A stretch of 64,000 bases of DNA. Origin: Neoconidiobolus thromboides FSU 785. Taxonomy: Eukaryota > Fungi > Entomophthoromycota. Location of the stretch: assembly GCA_025603075.1 (NCBI GenBank), contig MU626370.1, positions 1 through 64,000 of the forward strand. The letters run 5' to 3'. This document shows positions 41,619-53,766 of this stretch, in pieces. Within the stretch, counting starts at the first letter, position 1; the number at the start of each line of letters is the position of its first letter. The translations under genes and the position numbers were made by a program. Below the pieces are notes generated by a model. It did not search any database. It saw only the letters and a program-made list of their open reading frames with translations, and was not told the DNA's origin.

Positions 41619-44495
41619 TCACATCAGTGAGCAATCTTTTTTCTCCTTTTTTTCTTTTTTCTCCTTCTTGGAGTCCGAGTTATTTGAAGAATATGTGAAA
41701 TTTGTGTCGCCATAGTTTGTGCTTGCTAATTTAGAATTATATCCGTTTACACTTCCATTATAAGTTTGGGTATGAACGGATCCTGGTTGTGAATGTATAA
41801 GGTTTTGATACCCCTGTGTTTGAGACTTATTACGTGATTTTTCCATTCGCTCTTTTAATTCTTCTAACCTCTTTTTAGCTGGGTCAAACCCTTGATTAGC
41901 AGCAGATTCATAACAGCGCATTGCAGCCTGCATATCTTTATAAAATACACCTTCCCCCCTTTCGTGGCATGCCCCTAAGTTAAACATAGCAAATGGAGAT
42001 CCAAGGTCAGCAGCTTTAGTATACCATTCAACTGCAGAAAATGAGTCTTGTGCAACCCCTCGACCTGTTTGATAGCATTGGGCTAGATTAGTCATTGCAG
42101 AAGCATTATTTTGCTTCGCCGCCATTAAATAATATTCAAATGCTTTTTCAGGGTTTATTTCAACACCTTTACCAGCGGAATAGCAAGTTCCTACATTCGA
42201 TTGTGCATCTGGGTTACCTTTATCTGCTAGTTTCAAATAACATTTAAAGCTTTCTTGTTCTGAGGGTTGAACGCCCAAACCATCACGATAGCACGAAGCT
42301 AAAGCTAATGTAGCTTGTGAATGCCCTTCTTCGGAGGCATGATAAAACCATCTAAAGGCTTGTATATGATCTGCTTGAACTCCGTTTCCGTTAAAATAAC
42401 ATGATGCCAACATATACATACCTTCGGATTGTCCAGATTCGGCAGCAAGTTTTGAATAATGGTAACCAAGGTCATTGTTTACACTGGTTCCTTGGCCTTT
42501 AAGAAAACACTGAGCCAATGCACATTGAGCACGTGCGTTACCCTGATCAGCTGCTCTTCTAAACCATTCAAGTGCTTGATTAGAATCCTTTTCTACACCA
42601 TGGCCCATGAAAAATGAAATAGCAACTGACCTTTGTGCTCCTGGATGTCCTTGTTCAGCTGCTTTACGGAACCATTTATAAGCTTCTTCATAAGATTGTT
42701 TAACTCCCCTACCGTTTGCATAACATTCACCAAGATTGTGTTGTGCAGCTGGATTGTCCTGCATGGCTGCCTTTTTAAACCATCCAGCAGCCTCTTGTCT
42801 ATCTTTAGGTGCTCCAAGGCCAAAGTAATAACATGAACCAACATTATTTTGAGCACGAGCATGACCCTGGAAAGCTGCTTTACGGAACCATTTAAGGGCT
42901 TCCTCATCATCTGGCAATAAACCTATACCATGTTTATACATAATACCAAGAGAAAATTGGGCATCACTATGTCCCTTTTCTGCGGCCTTTAAATATAATT
43001 CATGGGCCTTGGTATATTCTTTATCTACACCTTCACCGTTATAATAATGGTATCCAAGTAAGTAAAGTGCTTGAGGGAACTCTTTTTCAGCGGATGCTTT
43101 CAAATAAGAAATGGCTTTCGAGATATCTACAGGTACCCCCAACCCAAGAGCATAACATTCTCCAAGAGAACATTGGGCGGCTGGGGAGCCTAAACGGGCA
43201 GCTTTGTTAAATAAAGCCAATGCCCTTGAATTATCCGGATCTTCAACTCCATAGCCAAACCTATACATAATACCTAAGCGAGTAATGCCCTCAAGGTTAC
43301 CTAGATTTGCAGCCTTTTGATAATAGTTTAAAGAAGCACGATAATTTCTACTTAAGCGTGCACCTTCGAAATATAAAGTCCCAACGGCCATATAAAAATC
43401 ACCCAAATCATCGTCAGGATCCTTCTTCACAATAGCAAATAAATCATCCTTAACCCCTTCATTTTCTTTATCCTTTTCAAAATGAGTTAATAACACTTCA
43501 AATTTATTTTCATCAATTGGACCAAACATGCCGGTTTTAGTGTTTAGTGAAGTGGGCTCATAAAATTTAGTCCCAAAAATAGTTCCAAGATCTTGTGCAT
43601 CAGCTGCATGAATGTTTGTTTCATATAGCCCCATTGAGCGCTTAAGAAGTAGTCCAATTTCATCAGCATAGGGTCTCATCACTGGATCTGGGTGTTGACA
43701 TCTACGCATTAAACTTTCATAATTTGGGGGAGTTGTTGGTGGAACATCTTCAATTATACCTTCTTGCTTATAAAATCCAATTTTAGAAACATCGGCCGCT
43801 TTTTGGTAAGGCCTCATACATGCACTAATTTCCCACATAACTACCCCCAATGCATAGACATCGGTTTTTTTACTTGGTTCTACACCAAATTTTTGAAAAA
43901 TTTCTGGAGCCATCCATAAAGGGGATCCAGCACCCATAAAAGTGAGTCCTTGTGTCATGCCTATATCTTTCTCAACACGACAAACACCAAAATCGGCAAT
44001 CTTCGCTCTTAAATTTTCGCCATCAATTTCAACTAACACATTATCTGATTTTATATCACGATGAATAATGTTTTTAGCATGAATAAAGTCCAATCCAAGC
44101 GCTATTTCCATTGTTAATTTTTGACGAGTAGCCCAGTTGTACTTATGAAAGTCGTTTTGAATTAATTTAGCCAAATCTTTACCATTAACATATTCCATTA
44201 ATAAACAGGTACGGTTTTTATCATCAATACAGGTACCTACAAATTGAACAATATAAGGCGAATGTCCCAAAGTGGCTAAAGTTTTTGCTTCAAGTTTTAA
44301 TGAAGCTACTATCTTTTTCATTTTATTGACATTATCTCCATTCATATTTAATTGTTTCATAGCACATATCATACCAGCATATTTTACTAGGTAAACCGAT
44401 CCGAAGGCACCTTTCCCTAACTCCCTTTCTTTTGTTACAAGGTTAAAATCAATGGTTTCATGAAACTTTGCAGCTGTTGCTTGCATAGCTTGCAT
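41619..44495 (-). CDS. TKL-type protein kinase + 14 SEL1 repeats + polybasic CaaX (CSLM), paralog 3
   Basis: GKGAFG, AMK, HRDIKSDN, DFG and WMAPE; 14 SEL1 units; ends KKEKKEKKEKKDCSLM; intronless. Confidence 0.92.
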   Translation of the reverse strand: MQAMQATAAKFHETIDFNLVTKERELGKGAFGSVYLVKYAGMICAMKQLNMNGDNVNKMKKIVASLKLEAKTLATLGHSPYIVQFVGTCIDDKNRTCLLMEYVNGKDLAKLIQNDFHKYNWATRQKLTMEIALGLDFIHAKNIIHRDIKSDNVLVEIDGENLRAKIADFGVCRVEKDIGMTQGLTFMGAGSPLWMAPEIFQKFGVEPSKKTDVYALGVVMWEISACMRPYQKAADVSKIGFYKQEGIIEDVPPTTPPNYESLMRRCQHPDPVMRPYADEIGLLLKRSMGLYETNIHAADAQDLGTIFGTKFYEPTSLNTKTGMFGPIDENKFEVLLTHFEKDKENEGVKDDLFAIVKKDPDDDLGDFYMAVGTLYFEGARLSRNYRASLNYYQKAANLGNLEGITRLGIMYRFGYGVEDPDNSRALALFNKAARLGSPAAQCSLGECYALGLGVPVDISKAISYLKASAEKEFPQALYLLGYHYYNGEGVDKEYTKAHELYLKAAEKGHSDAQFSLGIMYKHGIGLLPDDEEALKWFRKAAFQGHARAQNNVGSCYYFGLGAPKDRQEAAGWFKKAAMQDNPAAQHNLGECYANGRGVKQSYEEAYKWFRKAAEQGHPGAQRSVAISFFMGHGVEKDSNQALEWFRRAADQGNARAQCALAQCFLKGQGTSVNNDLGYHYSKLAAESGQSEGMYMLASCYFNGNGVQADHIQAFRWFYHASEEGHSQATLALASCYRDGLGVQPSEQESFKCYLKLADKGNPDAQSNVGTCYSAGKGVEINPEKAFEYYLMAAKQNNASAMTNLAQCYQTGRGVAQDSFSAVEWYTKAADLGSPFAMFNLGACHERGEGVFYKDMQAAMRCYESAANQGFDPAKKRLEELKERMEKSRNKSQTQGYQNLIHSQPGSVHTQTYNGSVNGYNSKLASTNYGDTNFTYSSNNSDSKKEKKEKKEKKDCSLM

Positions 44496-45117
44496 CTCTA
44501 ATAAGCTAAAGTTAGGATAAATCAGGGAATCACTAAAGTTAATTACTTGAAGTTATTTGATATTATTTAAAGTTAATAATTAAAAAAATAAAAGTTAATT
44601 ATATTTTGGCAATTTATCCATAACACATAAATAATGGAGTTTTTAACCAATCATTATTTGCTATTTTATAGAAAGAAGTAGGGAGTTTTATCAATGTTAG
44701 AACACTATCATAGTTGAATTTTCTATTTTTAGAAAAAACGGAGCTTTATTATCATGCCCCCAAACATTTTAAAAGCTACACTAATAAAATTAAAATGTTA
44801 TATTAAAAATTAAAATAACTCTTAAAAAAATAGCTTACACAATAAATACATAGTGACTTTGTAATTGTGGGTCAACTATTTATCACTTACACAGTATTGA
44901 GTCAAAAGCAACGAGGTCTATTATCCTAAAATTCTATAATTTATTCCTTATATTTGTATAAATATTTGTAGTGTATGTTAAATTTTTCAATAATAAAAAT
45001 AACATTAAGACTTAATAAATTAAACACATCATTATAATTAAAAAAGTAAAAGTGTATTAAGGCCTAAAAACAAACTGTTATAACACAAATGAGGTATTTT
45101 AAGACTTTCAACATAAT

Positions 45118-45223
45118 ATATGAGGATGTATTTTTGTGTTTAAGAATTTTACTAACAAATTTTCCACTCAAATAGCGCTTAAAAAATGGAAAAATAATGA
45201 AACCAAAAAAAACAGCCCCATAT
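45118..45223 (+). mobile_element. MITE copy (near-consensus reference)
   Basis: ATAT-GAGGATGTATTTTTGTGTTTAAGAATTTTACTAACAAATTTTCCACTCAAATAGCGCTTAAAAAATGGAAAAATAATGAAACCAAAAAAAACAGCCCC-ATAT. Confidence 0.92.
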
Positions 45224-46055
45224 AAAAAATAAGACAACTGAGGGATAAAAATAAAGCTGCTAAATAATTAAAGTACTTGATGGTTTGACCATGAATTCTT
45301 ATTGTGTAGCATTTAGAACCATACATATCATAGAAGTATGTTTAATTCAAAATTGTGTATCTTTTGAATAAAGCCCCATTTAATAACCTATTGGAATCAT
45401 TTTTATATAGCGTTAAGTTTTTAAAATCTATTAAACCTTAAAATATTTATAAATAAGCCATTTAAAATGGCAATACATTTACTCAAACCTCTTATTAGAT
45501 TTGAAGGTAAATATCAACATTTTATCTACTTTTCTATATTGACTATCCTTCTGTTTTTTAAGCTTGAAGCTAGAACAATAACTATTCGAAATAATTATAA
45601 ATCCTCATGTACAGATATATTCAAAAAAAAGTCTTATATATTAATAAAGATGGAAATCGTATATATCAGTTATATACTGTTATAATAAATACATCGTTTT
45701 AATTCAAAAATGTGTCTTTTGATGCTATTCATAAAAATGTAAGGATTTTTTTTAATAATTTCGCTAATAATTTTCGAGGTTTAATTTTGAAAGCAGGCAA
45801 AATACCAGAAGGAAAAAAATACTTGTACATTTATTAAATGTTTTGATGAATACTTTTAAAATGTATAAGCGTTAAATGGATATCAATTGAAAATCGAGTT
45901 AACATAAAAATGTCTACGATACTCTTATATTGAGTTTGGATTCATCAAGTTATTATTTTTTGATACAACAATTAGTATACCAATTTACTTCGTGTGTTTT
46001 GAGTTGTTAACTACTTTTATTTCAATGAGATATTAAATATTTATCAAAGAACATT

Positions 46056-46192
46056 ATTTGAGGATTTTTTTTAAAATTTTACTAACAATTTTTCCACTCA
46101 AACAGCACTTAAAAAATGGGTAACAATGTTTCTGCTTAAATAGTGCTTAAAAGGCGGGAAAAATAATGAAACCAAAAAAATCATCCCCATAT
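46056..46192 (+). mobile_element. MITE copy with internal ~38-bp tandem duplication
   Basis: The TAACAA..CTCAAATAGCGCTTAAAA segment occurs twice (about 46083-46120 and 46121-46158). Confidence 0.8.
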
Positions 46193-46428
46193 AATACCTA
46201 TTTTTCCTGTTTTTATTTAATTTTTAAATTGTTAATAATTGGACTTTTATATTTTGATATAATATCAGTTTATTATAACATTATGCCAGCTTTTGAAAAT
46301 TTACTTTCAGTAACGAAAAATCTATTAATACTCCCAATATTTATAAATTTAAAACAATTCGTTAATATATAAATATCGATATAGTTAGCTATAGATTATA
46401 AAAAAATTAAATTACAAGCCAAAAAAAT

Positions 46429-46532
46429 ATATAGGGGTGTTTTTTCTATTTCAACATTTCTCCATTTTTAAGCGCTATTTGAGTGGAAAGATTGCTAGTA
46501 AAATTCTTAAACAAAAAAATCCATCCCTATAT
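46429..46532 (-). mobile_element. MITE copy
   Basis: ATAT-AGGGGTG...CCATCCCT-ATAT. Confidence 0.85.
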
Positions 46533-47947
46533 TATTTCAGAGCTCTTGTATTTATTTTTAGTTGTATTACATGATTCTATCAAACATATTATTTAATTTA
46601 TTGAAAATCATGCTTGGAAAAAAGCTTACTTTAAGCTCTATCTCTGGCATTACATCTAATTTTTTATTATAGGGAGAATATATATAGTTTAATTAAATAT
46701 TTAAAATAGCACAAGAATAAATTTTAATAATGAAATAATAAAACGCCTGTGTTTGTTAATCTTTTTGTTATTTTATTGATTTTTTATATAGCATAGAAAT
46801 TAAAAAATTTAATAGTTTCTAAATAAAAAATCCATGTTTTTTAAAATACCTGTGAACTATGTTTATACATAATCTTAGTAAAAATACTTTACCTTAAGCA
46901 AATAATTTAATGCTCATAATTAAAGTTGTAGTTAAGCTTTTTATTTACTTACTATTTTAATGTTATCAGCTTTTAATATTTCAAAGTTTAAAGATAGTAT
47001 GAAAACAATAAAACCTTTTAAATAAGCAACAAAAATATTTAAAAATATCTTGTAAAATATACTTATATAAGTTAGACTTTTATAAAATCTGTTGTTTAAG
47101 TTAAATTCTTGTTTCTTTTTAAATAAAAAACATAACTACAAAATTTTTATATTAACGTGATGACTCAACTAATAATATTGTACTATATTAGTGATAACAA
47201 ACCACTCCCTCTAGAACATAACAAATATCATATTTAGCAAAAAAAAAACTGGAATACATCAGTTGTCTCATACTATAGATTAAAACAAAATTAGGTATAC
47301 TATAATACTGTACCTACTTAAAGCCTCTGGGTAATTCCAAGAGGCAATGTTAAAATCGACTTTGGTTGTAAAAGATGCTTAAAATGATAATATACATATA
47401 TCATCTTAGTTTATTTATTTGTTAATACAATAAGTTTGATACGAAAACTGCAAAAATACAATATTTATAATGTTCTGAAGTGAGTATTATAATGTGATCA
47501 AAAGGACAACTAAATTAATCTATTTTGATAATTTAAACTAGTTTAAAGTGATTTATATTCATAATTTGATGATTACAAAAGTAACTATTAATATATTAAA
47601 ATTTAATAAGCATTAAGCGCTATCAAACAAATCGCCATAATATCCATGTTTGCTATGTATTAACTGCAGCAAAATAAATCACTTGAACTATAGTTGACTA
47701 AAAGCTAAACTCAGGATAATTAATAAAAAACGAAGGAATGATAAAAAACCTACCTATACTTACCGCTTTGATGTAAAACTATTTAAACAAAGTCTATATT
47801 TAAAAGTACAAAAAAAACAATAATGGTAAATCAAAACCTTAGAATAAAATTAAAAATTGAGCTTCAGATATTAAAATAAATTGCAATATAATTTTAAACC
47901 AAGAGTAAAAGAATTATAAGTCTAAAAAATAATAAATTTCATAAAAC

Positions 47948-48855
47948 TTAATTCCAGGGTCCAACATCAGATCTTTGACATCCTTGAGGGCATGAGCATT
48001 TACCACCAAACTCTTTAGGTAAATTTTCCAAATCAACATCTTTTTCAAGCACAGATTTATAACTACCACCTAAAAGGTCAATCTTAGAGAGGGTGACGGG
48101 GTCTAAGAAAGGTTTGACTAAACTAAAGACTCCTCTGAATAAAAATGGGGCATTGATAATAACCATCTATGAAAAATAAGCATCAAATTATAAAAAACAA
48201 ACAAAATTTTTACCTTTCCCATCATTTCTGGATAATAATCTTGAGCAATCTTAGCAGTCTCTTTGACGAAAGGAAGTACAGTTGTTGCTTGAGATAAAGC
48301 CACATCCTTTAAATCTAAAATGGTATAACATTGTTCGATGTGTTTACCAGCCTTTTCAGAACAAGCTGGGAATTTCTTATTTTGTAAAATTTCATAACCG
48401 ACGATAAAATGTTTAAGCATTAAATTTAAGGCTTTATCGTATTTTACGTTAGCATCTTTTTCATCTGGACAAAGGATATCAAACATTTTATTAACATTTA
48501 CCTTACCAATTTGCTCAATATAAAGTGGTCGTCCCATCTTATCTACTTGATGATAAAATCTTGGATATATAGCCGTAACTTCTTCTTCATGAGGTAATTT
48601 ATATTCTTTAACCAAATTATCAACATCCCATTCCTTTCTCCAATTTTCAAAGTTACTAAGCATCTCAAAAGCAGCGTCTAAATTAAACTTACGTGCCCTT
48701 AAAAACCTTAATAAAAAATGGTCGTCATGTCTTTCTGGATAAAAGATACCAGCTGCGGTTAAACGTTCTTTAAATTCTGCGAGAGCTTGTTCTTGGTCTC
48801 CGGTGAGGCAGCCAACTCTTCCGGTACCCGGTTTCATTTCAATTACTTTGGACAT
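47948..48855 (-). CDS. SEC14: Phosphatidylinositol/phosphatidylcholine transfer protein, 2 exons
   Basis: LLRFLRARKF, YPRFYHQVDKMGRP and QDYYPEMMGK|MVIINAP (intron 48167-48213). Confidence 0.95.
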
Positions 48856-50089
48856 ATTAAAGAGATAGGTTTTTTTTAGTAGTAACTGATAAACAAATTT
48901 AAGTTAAAAATGTTGTTTAGTTGTGGCTTAATATAGTTTAAACTTGCCTTTTATTGGTTTGATTGGAACATGAATAGAATAGTATTTGTTGATATTTTAT
49001 TGGTTTGATTCAGTTTAAAAATTTTAATCCTGCCAATCAAATATATTATTGTAAGTTGGTTTCTAATGCTTGTTCTTGATTGTTTCTTAATTAAACTCAC
49101 CACTCTAATTAAAATTTCTATATGCAATTAATTAAAATATGGCTAACCACATATATTTAATTATTTTTACTGTTGCGAAAATTACTTTGACTCAAATGCT
49201 TACAAAATAGCTATTATAATTTATTTTATTCATTATAAAGTATTAAGAAGCCAAAAAGTATTTGATTTGAGATGAACTTGACACTAAACTAATTTCAAAT
49301 AGCACTATATAGCGTAAGCCTTATAAACATATGTTGAAAAAGTATTTTCAAACATAGTAGTTTATTTACATAACTAAAATAATTATTGTCACTAAAATTC
49401 ATAAAGTAATCTTTATACTTGAATATCCAATAGTATATTTTTCCCATTAAAAGATGTCATTCTAGGTTGATTATTCTGCATTTTCGAACTTATTCAAACT
49501 ACCTCCGAAATGTTACAGTATAATAGTTTAAGAATATTAAGAACAAATTGTAAATAAAAGATATAGAATGTACAATAAATAGGCACATAGGGAAGTTAAT
49601 AAGCTTTCAGTATATCTGTTTTTCAGTTAGTTTAATTTGGTTAAATCCTTTGTATAAACTCCAATTGTAGTTTTTGACATTAAAGTGGTATATAATTTGA
49701 AGATAAACTCAATTTAAAAATAAAAACAAAAATTGATTATCTATTATATAAAAGATTACTATATTAGTTTTACTATAAGCTATTTTTAAATTACTTTGAA
49801 AAAAATTGTAGTCGACTAAAATAATAAGCTAATACATTTTAATAAATATCTGGTTTGGCATTTTAAAATAAAAATAAATGAGTATTACTAAAAATAAGAA
49901 CTTTATCAACAAACACTTGTTAAATAATTTATGCTGTTTTATCAAAAGTTAAATAAGAAAGTATGATACTTAATACTTCTATTTGATTTGAGGTTTAAAA
50001 TTATATTTCACAATTGAAAAAATCATTGAAGTTGTTATTTTATTTAATCTAAAAACCTTTCTACTATTACAAAACAAAAGTACTTTGCT

Positions 50090-50162
50090 AGCCTAATATG
50101 GGGCTCGAACCCATGACCCTGAGATTAAAAGTCTCATGCTCTACCGACTGAGCTAATCAGGC
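50090..50162 (-). tRNA. tRNA-Lys(TTT)
   Basis: Reverse complement GCCTGATTAGCTCAGTCGGTAGAGC..CTTTTAA..GGTTCGAGCCCC..TTAGGC. Confidence 0.97.
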
Positions 50163-50517
50163 TTGTTATTGTATCACATGAAAAAAATATTTAAAGCTTC
50201 AGAAAACTTTTGTACTTATTTTTTAATGTTTTTTGCTAGTTATGAATAAATTTTTTTAATAATCCTAGCTATCTGATGGCTTCAATCTCTGGCCAATGAT
50301 TGAATTTGTATCTTACTCGCCTTTATATCTTTCATTGCTGCTCTTTGTTATTCTTTGTTTAACTCAAAGAATAGCAGACACGCTTTAAAGCCAATGGATT
50401 CTAATAATCTTTTAATTTCCACCAATTCATTCGCTCCTCACAATTTTGAGAGCCAATCAAATGTAACAATTGAAACTTGGTGATTGAATGCTTGAACTTA
50501 AACTCCAATTTTTAAAA

Positions 50518-50524
50518 CACGAAA
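50518..50524 (+). promoter_or_regulatory. SCB-like element CACGAAA upstream of the MBP1/SWI4-like gene
   Basis: Exact CACGAAA ~140 bp upstream of ATG; an ACGCG MCB core also lies at 50655-50659. Confidence 0.4.
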
Positions 50525-50659
50525 AAAAACACATTGTCATTGAATTTTGAAATTCAATTTTTAAATTTAATTTTCAATATAAAAAATAAATTGAAATTGA
50601 AATTGAAACTTCATATTTCTATAACAATTACTTTTTATAAAAAAATAAAATAGGACGCG

Positions 50660-52752
50660 ATGAATCAACAGCCAATAGTACGAATAACGAATGTAGCCAC
50701 TATACCAACAGATGAATTATCTCCCCCAGAATCTAATAATCAACGGTATTTAGCACCTTATCCAGCGCCTTCTCATACAGGTAAAGAAAACCCGCTACCA
50801 GAGATGACGTTATATCGAGCCAATTATTCAGGTAAAGAAGTGATGGAAATCGAAATCGATGGTATCAATTGTATGAGGCGGTTAGAAGATAGTTGGATCA
50901 ATGTAACTCAGTTATTAAAAGTAGCTGGTTATGAAAAATCAAAAAGGATTAAAGTGTTAGAAAAAGAAGTATTTAATATGAAAGAACATGAAAAGGTACA
51001 AGGAGGCTATGGTAAATATCAAGGTACTTGGTAAGTCTTGAATTTATTTTAATTTATTTTGAGCTTTTATTAATCTTTCGTAGGATACCTTTTGATGTAG
51101 GAGTGCGAATAGCTAAACGACATGGAGTATATGATAGGGTTAAATTATTATTAGATGTCGATATTAAATACGCTATGAATTTACCCGAAAAAAAATTGCC
51201 CCATGGCGCCACTGTAGCTCGAAGAAGTACTTCAGTTCATAATCCTATCACTAAAGTCATTAAAAATAAAGTGAAACCGCTACCAAGGTCAAAGAGTGAT
51301 GGTAAGAGTTTAAGGGACACATTATATAAAATAAATCTTAATGCAGCTGTTAAACCAGGCAGTAATAATAATAACAGTATACAAGAAAAACAAAAAAAGA
51401 TGATTCAATTAACAAAGGAGGCTCAAATGGAAAAAGTGAAAAATCTATGGTTAAGGAATTTTTTAGAGGGGGAAGGGACTGATAATTATTTACCTGATTC
51501 TCTTTTAAACACCGATACTGGCTTAGTCAATGTTCCTTTGGATACTCATGGTCATACAGCTATTCATTATGCAGCCTCAATGGGAAGATCTAAAGCATTA
51601 ACACAATTAATTGCTATAGGTTATTTACCCAATACTATTTCTAAAACAGGCATAACTCCGTTAATGCGATGTGTTATTTATTCGCATTCTTATCAACTTA
51701 AAAATTTTGATTGGATATTAGCGGAATTAGAATGTAGTTTATTAGTTGAAGATAATTCTCATAGAAATGTACTTCATCATTGTGTTATTGCAGGGAACCA
51801 AAGACATCATTATCAAGCTAGCTATTACTATTTAACAAAGATAGTTAGTAGTATTCGTGGGTTAGGGTCAAAGTGTCATAAAATTATAAACGGTCAAGAT
51901 AGTAACCTGGATACCCCTTGTCATTTGGCTGCTAGATTAGAGTATTTTGATATGGTTAAACTATTTTATGATAATGGAGCAAATTTGCAGATTAAAAATA
52001 GTTCATTTTTATCCGTTTTGGATTATTTACCTACACATGTAAGTTTATTATTATTATTTAAAAATGGAGATACTAATTTTTTTTAGGTTATGGAAAAATA
52101 TTTCTTACAAGGCAAAGAACCTGAACAAATAAAAACTCAAGATCAAGGTCAAGATCAAATCCAAAATGAAAATCAAGAACGAGATCAAGCTCAAGCCCAA
52201 ATTCAAGATCAGAAACAACCCCATAGTCAATCTTATAGTCAATCTCATAGTCAACTTCAAAGCCAAGCCCAAATTCAAAGTGAAGAACAAGAGCCATTCC
52301 AAATCGAATATACATCAGATTTACCAAGCAGGATAGAAAGCGATGTTAGTAGTCCAGAGCAAGCTTTAAAAGAAAGGATAGCGTTGGACTCCAAGATGGA
52401 TAGACGGAAAGGGGACTTAATTAGTGGTAAATTTATAAGTTATAAATCATTTTATAAAAAGTTAATGTTTTTATTGTTAGCTGTAGAATTATTTTCTAAA
52501 GAAATGAAAGAAGAACATGAATTTCAATTGCATCAAAAGGATATACTGATTGAAGATCTAAAAAATCAATTAGAGTTAACTAATAGGAAATTAAGAAATA
52601 TTACATTGGCCTATAATGCTTCGAGTGCTGTATTAGCTATAGCTAAGAACACTCCTTCTCTTAAAAAATATTTAATTCCTCCACCTACCCCACAACATAA
52701 TCCGATAAGGATAGAAAATGAATCAGATGAGTTGGAGTTTGATATGGAATGA
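50660..52752 (+). CDS. SBF/MBF-type transcription factor (KilA-N/APSES + ankyrin + coiled coil), 3 exons
   Basis: [19 protein letters not shown] and [14 protein letters not shown]|IP; ankyrin GHTAIHYAA and DTPCHLAA; introns 51031-51083 and 52039-52086. MBP1/SWI4/Res-like; exact orthology unclear. Confidence 0.92.
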
Positions 52753-52969
52753 AGTTGTTAAGTTTACCTCATTTAAAGTAGTAGTTGAAAATTGATTTGG
52801 ATTTGTATGTTTTAATAAATTAAGTTGAGTTATTACCAATTGAAAATTTATTTATTTTTTATTTGTTTAAATCGTCTTTATTTCTTTGTTGTTAAAAATA
52901 AGTTTTAGTTGTCACTAGCATAGATAATCTTTCCTTATATATTCTCCTAAATGTTTTGCTTTCCGCCTA

Positions 52970-53260
52970 GGTTTCTAGTCATAGTTTAACCTATCTTTAT
53001 AACTACAATTGCAACATACACAAAGCACCCCTTTAGTCTTGTTCTTTTCTGATCTAACAATCTCTTCTCTGGTTGCAAGTAACTGATTTGTAATAAGCTT
53101 ATTTATTTATTGTAAAAAACTAGAGCTAGTGGGACCTTGGGACAATTAAATAAGCTTTTTTGTCTCTGTTCCTCTACAGACCATAGACCCTGTCACTAAT
53201 TCATTCAAATGCGCGTCTTTGATCTTTTCATTGCTTTGCATGTTTAGCAATTTTTTAGAT
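52970..53260 (-). pseudogene. Possible decayed non-LTR retrotransposon RT fragment
   Basis: Frame reads LITNQLLATREEIVRSEKNKTKGVLCV...KDRLNYD, reminiscent of the LINE I.DN....E.I....K..G.L..D..KAYDRV.W block. Confidence 0.3.
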
Positions 53261-53766
53261 CTTTTATTGAAACAAACATTGTTTGTACTTGAATTTCTAA
53301 AAAAAATTAAATAAAGAGTAAAATAAAATAGTCTTATTAAGATGTTAAAATTACTATGCTTTAAAGATTTTTACATAGCTACCTTAGTTGGTTATAGGTT
53401 ATTTAGTTATTTACAATATCATTATACTAATTGGATTCAAAGTATTACTTAATTTCTTATTACTTAACAAGGTTGAAAAGAACCTTAGCTGCGGCTCAAT
53501 TAATTTGATGATTTATAACATGAGCATGACTTTCAATATTTATCCTTTTGTGAACCTAAAATCCGTAAAAAACAACCTCACTTGAATTCCAAAAACAAAA
53601 AATTACTCATTTGAATTAATAATCAATTTATTTGTGAATATATTACTATTAAGAGTGAATCTTTTCATTTGAACATTTTGTCCATCTTTAAGTACCTTAA
53701 AAATTTAAGCGACTGTCGATTAACTCTATAAATAAAAAACACTAACATTTTGAATCAATCAAATAT

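Noticed and set aside
10580-45223. MITEs flank the kinase-SEL1 genes and so mobilised them
   Set aside because: At about one copy per 3.5 kb flanking is expected by chance; paralog 2 has no upstream copy; the paralogs are far more diverged than the MITEs.
50095-50104. ATATGGGG inside tRNA-Lys resembling the MITE end (SINE origin)
   Set aside because: Only 8 bp, within the normal T-arm/acceptor region; the MITE has no A/B boxes.
52130-52290. Q-rich repeat in the MBP1-like gene as a novel element
   Set aside because: Ordinary low-complexity coding expansion.
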